A DNA stretch of 60,775 nt, filler included, from Trichosphaerium sp. ATCC 40318 (Eukaryota; Protista; Tubulinea), in NCBI GenBank assembly GCA_038496445.1. It is 4 parts of 4 records of this genome, joined end to end, with 100 filler letters (N's around TTAATTAATTAA, not from the genome) between each part and the next. Parts side by side here need not be neighbours in the genome. Positions count along the whole stretch, not along the records: positions 54,943 to 60,775 come from JALMLS010000160.1; 3 more parts are not named here. One strand, written 5' to 3'. The notes below the pieces were generated by a model. The model was given only the letters and a program-made list of their open reading frames with translations. It ran no database searches and was not told the DNA's origin. Shown piece after piece: positions 60,411-60,775 of the stretch. A program made the position numbers and the translations under genes. Position 1 is the first letter of the stretch. Each line of letters begins with the position of its first letter.

Positions 60411-60715
60411 TAGCTTGACATTCAAAATTGACCAAATTGAGATTGAAAATTGACATTAAAGGCTAAGAATGAAAGTTGGCATTAAAGGTTGATATTGAAG
60501 GTTGAGAATGATGGTTGAAAATGAAAGTTGTCTTTGAAAATTGCCATTGAAAGTTGTCATTGAAGCTTTCATTGATGGTTGCCATTAAATATTGCCATTG
60601 AAGGTTAAAATTGATGATTGACACTGATGATTGTCATGAAAAGTTGATATTAATGATTGCCATTGAAATTTGCCATTAAAGGTTGCCATTGAAGGTTGGA
60701 AGATTAATGTCAATC
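60411..60715 (-). repeat. Degenerate inverted copy of the 13-bp repeat array
   Basis: Units such as GGTTGCCATTGAA and GGTTGATATTGAA are reverse complements of the TTCAATGTCAACC-type units. Confidence 0.8.
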
Positions 60716-60775
60716 TTGTAATTCCAAAAGTTTTAATTTTTTTACCAAAAGTTTACTTTTGTTTTAATGTGCTTT

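Overview
Eukaryotic DNA, most likely from a free-living protist: AT-rich, with dense 40-120 nt spliceosomal introns and the standard code. It consists of four contigs joined by three artificial 100-nt N spacers. Contig 1 (1-20584) holds intron-rich genes: a myristoylation-motif coiled-coil protein, a bacterial-type Asp/Glu racemase, an F-box/WD protein, an RxxxxH (HEPN-like) protein, a polyubiquitin pseudogene, a HugZ/PNPOx-like protein, an ELWxxDGT-type surface protein, a carrier-like membrane protein, a UNC-93-like transporter and a partial ankyrin gene. Contig 2 (20685-43264) holds an intact Ty3/Gypsy retrotransposon whose probable LTR carries heat-shock elements, plus SAAL1, a GMC oxidoreductase, an F-box/MORN-variant gene and a divergent ubiquitin E1. 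Contig 3 (43365-54842) holds a filamin-repeat gene directly beside an extremely divergent 18S-5.8S-28S rDNA unit. That unit has a GC-rich core with compensatory changes at near-universal base pairs, large AT-rich inserts that may be extra transcribed spacers, and an upstream array of covarying RNA hairpins. Contig 4 (54943-60775) looks like a large intron-containing Sola-like DDD DNA transposon with a Tudor-like tail, a divergent partner gene and inverted 13/7-bp repeat arrays. All assignments come from manual reading and motif recognition; no searches were run, and many boundaries are approximate.
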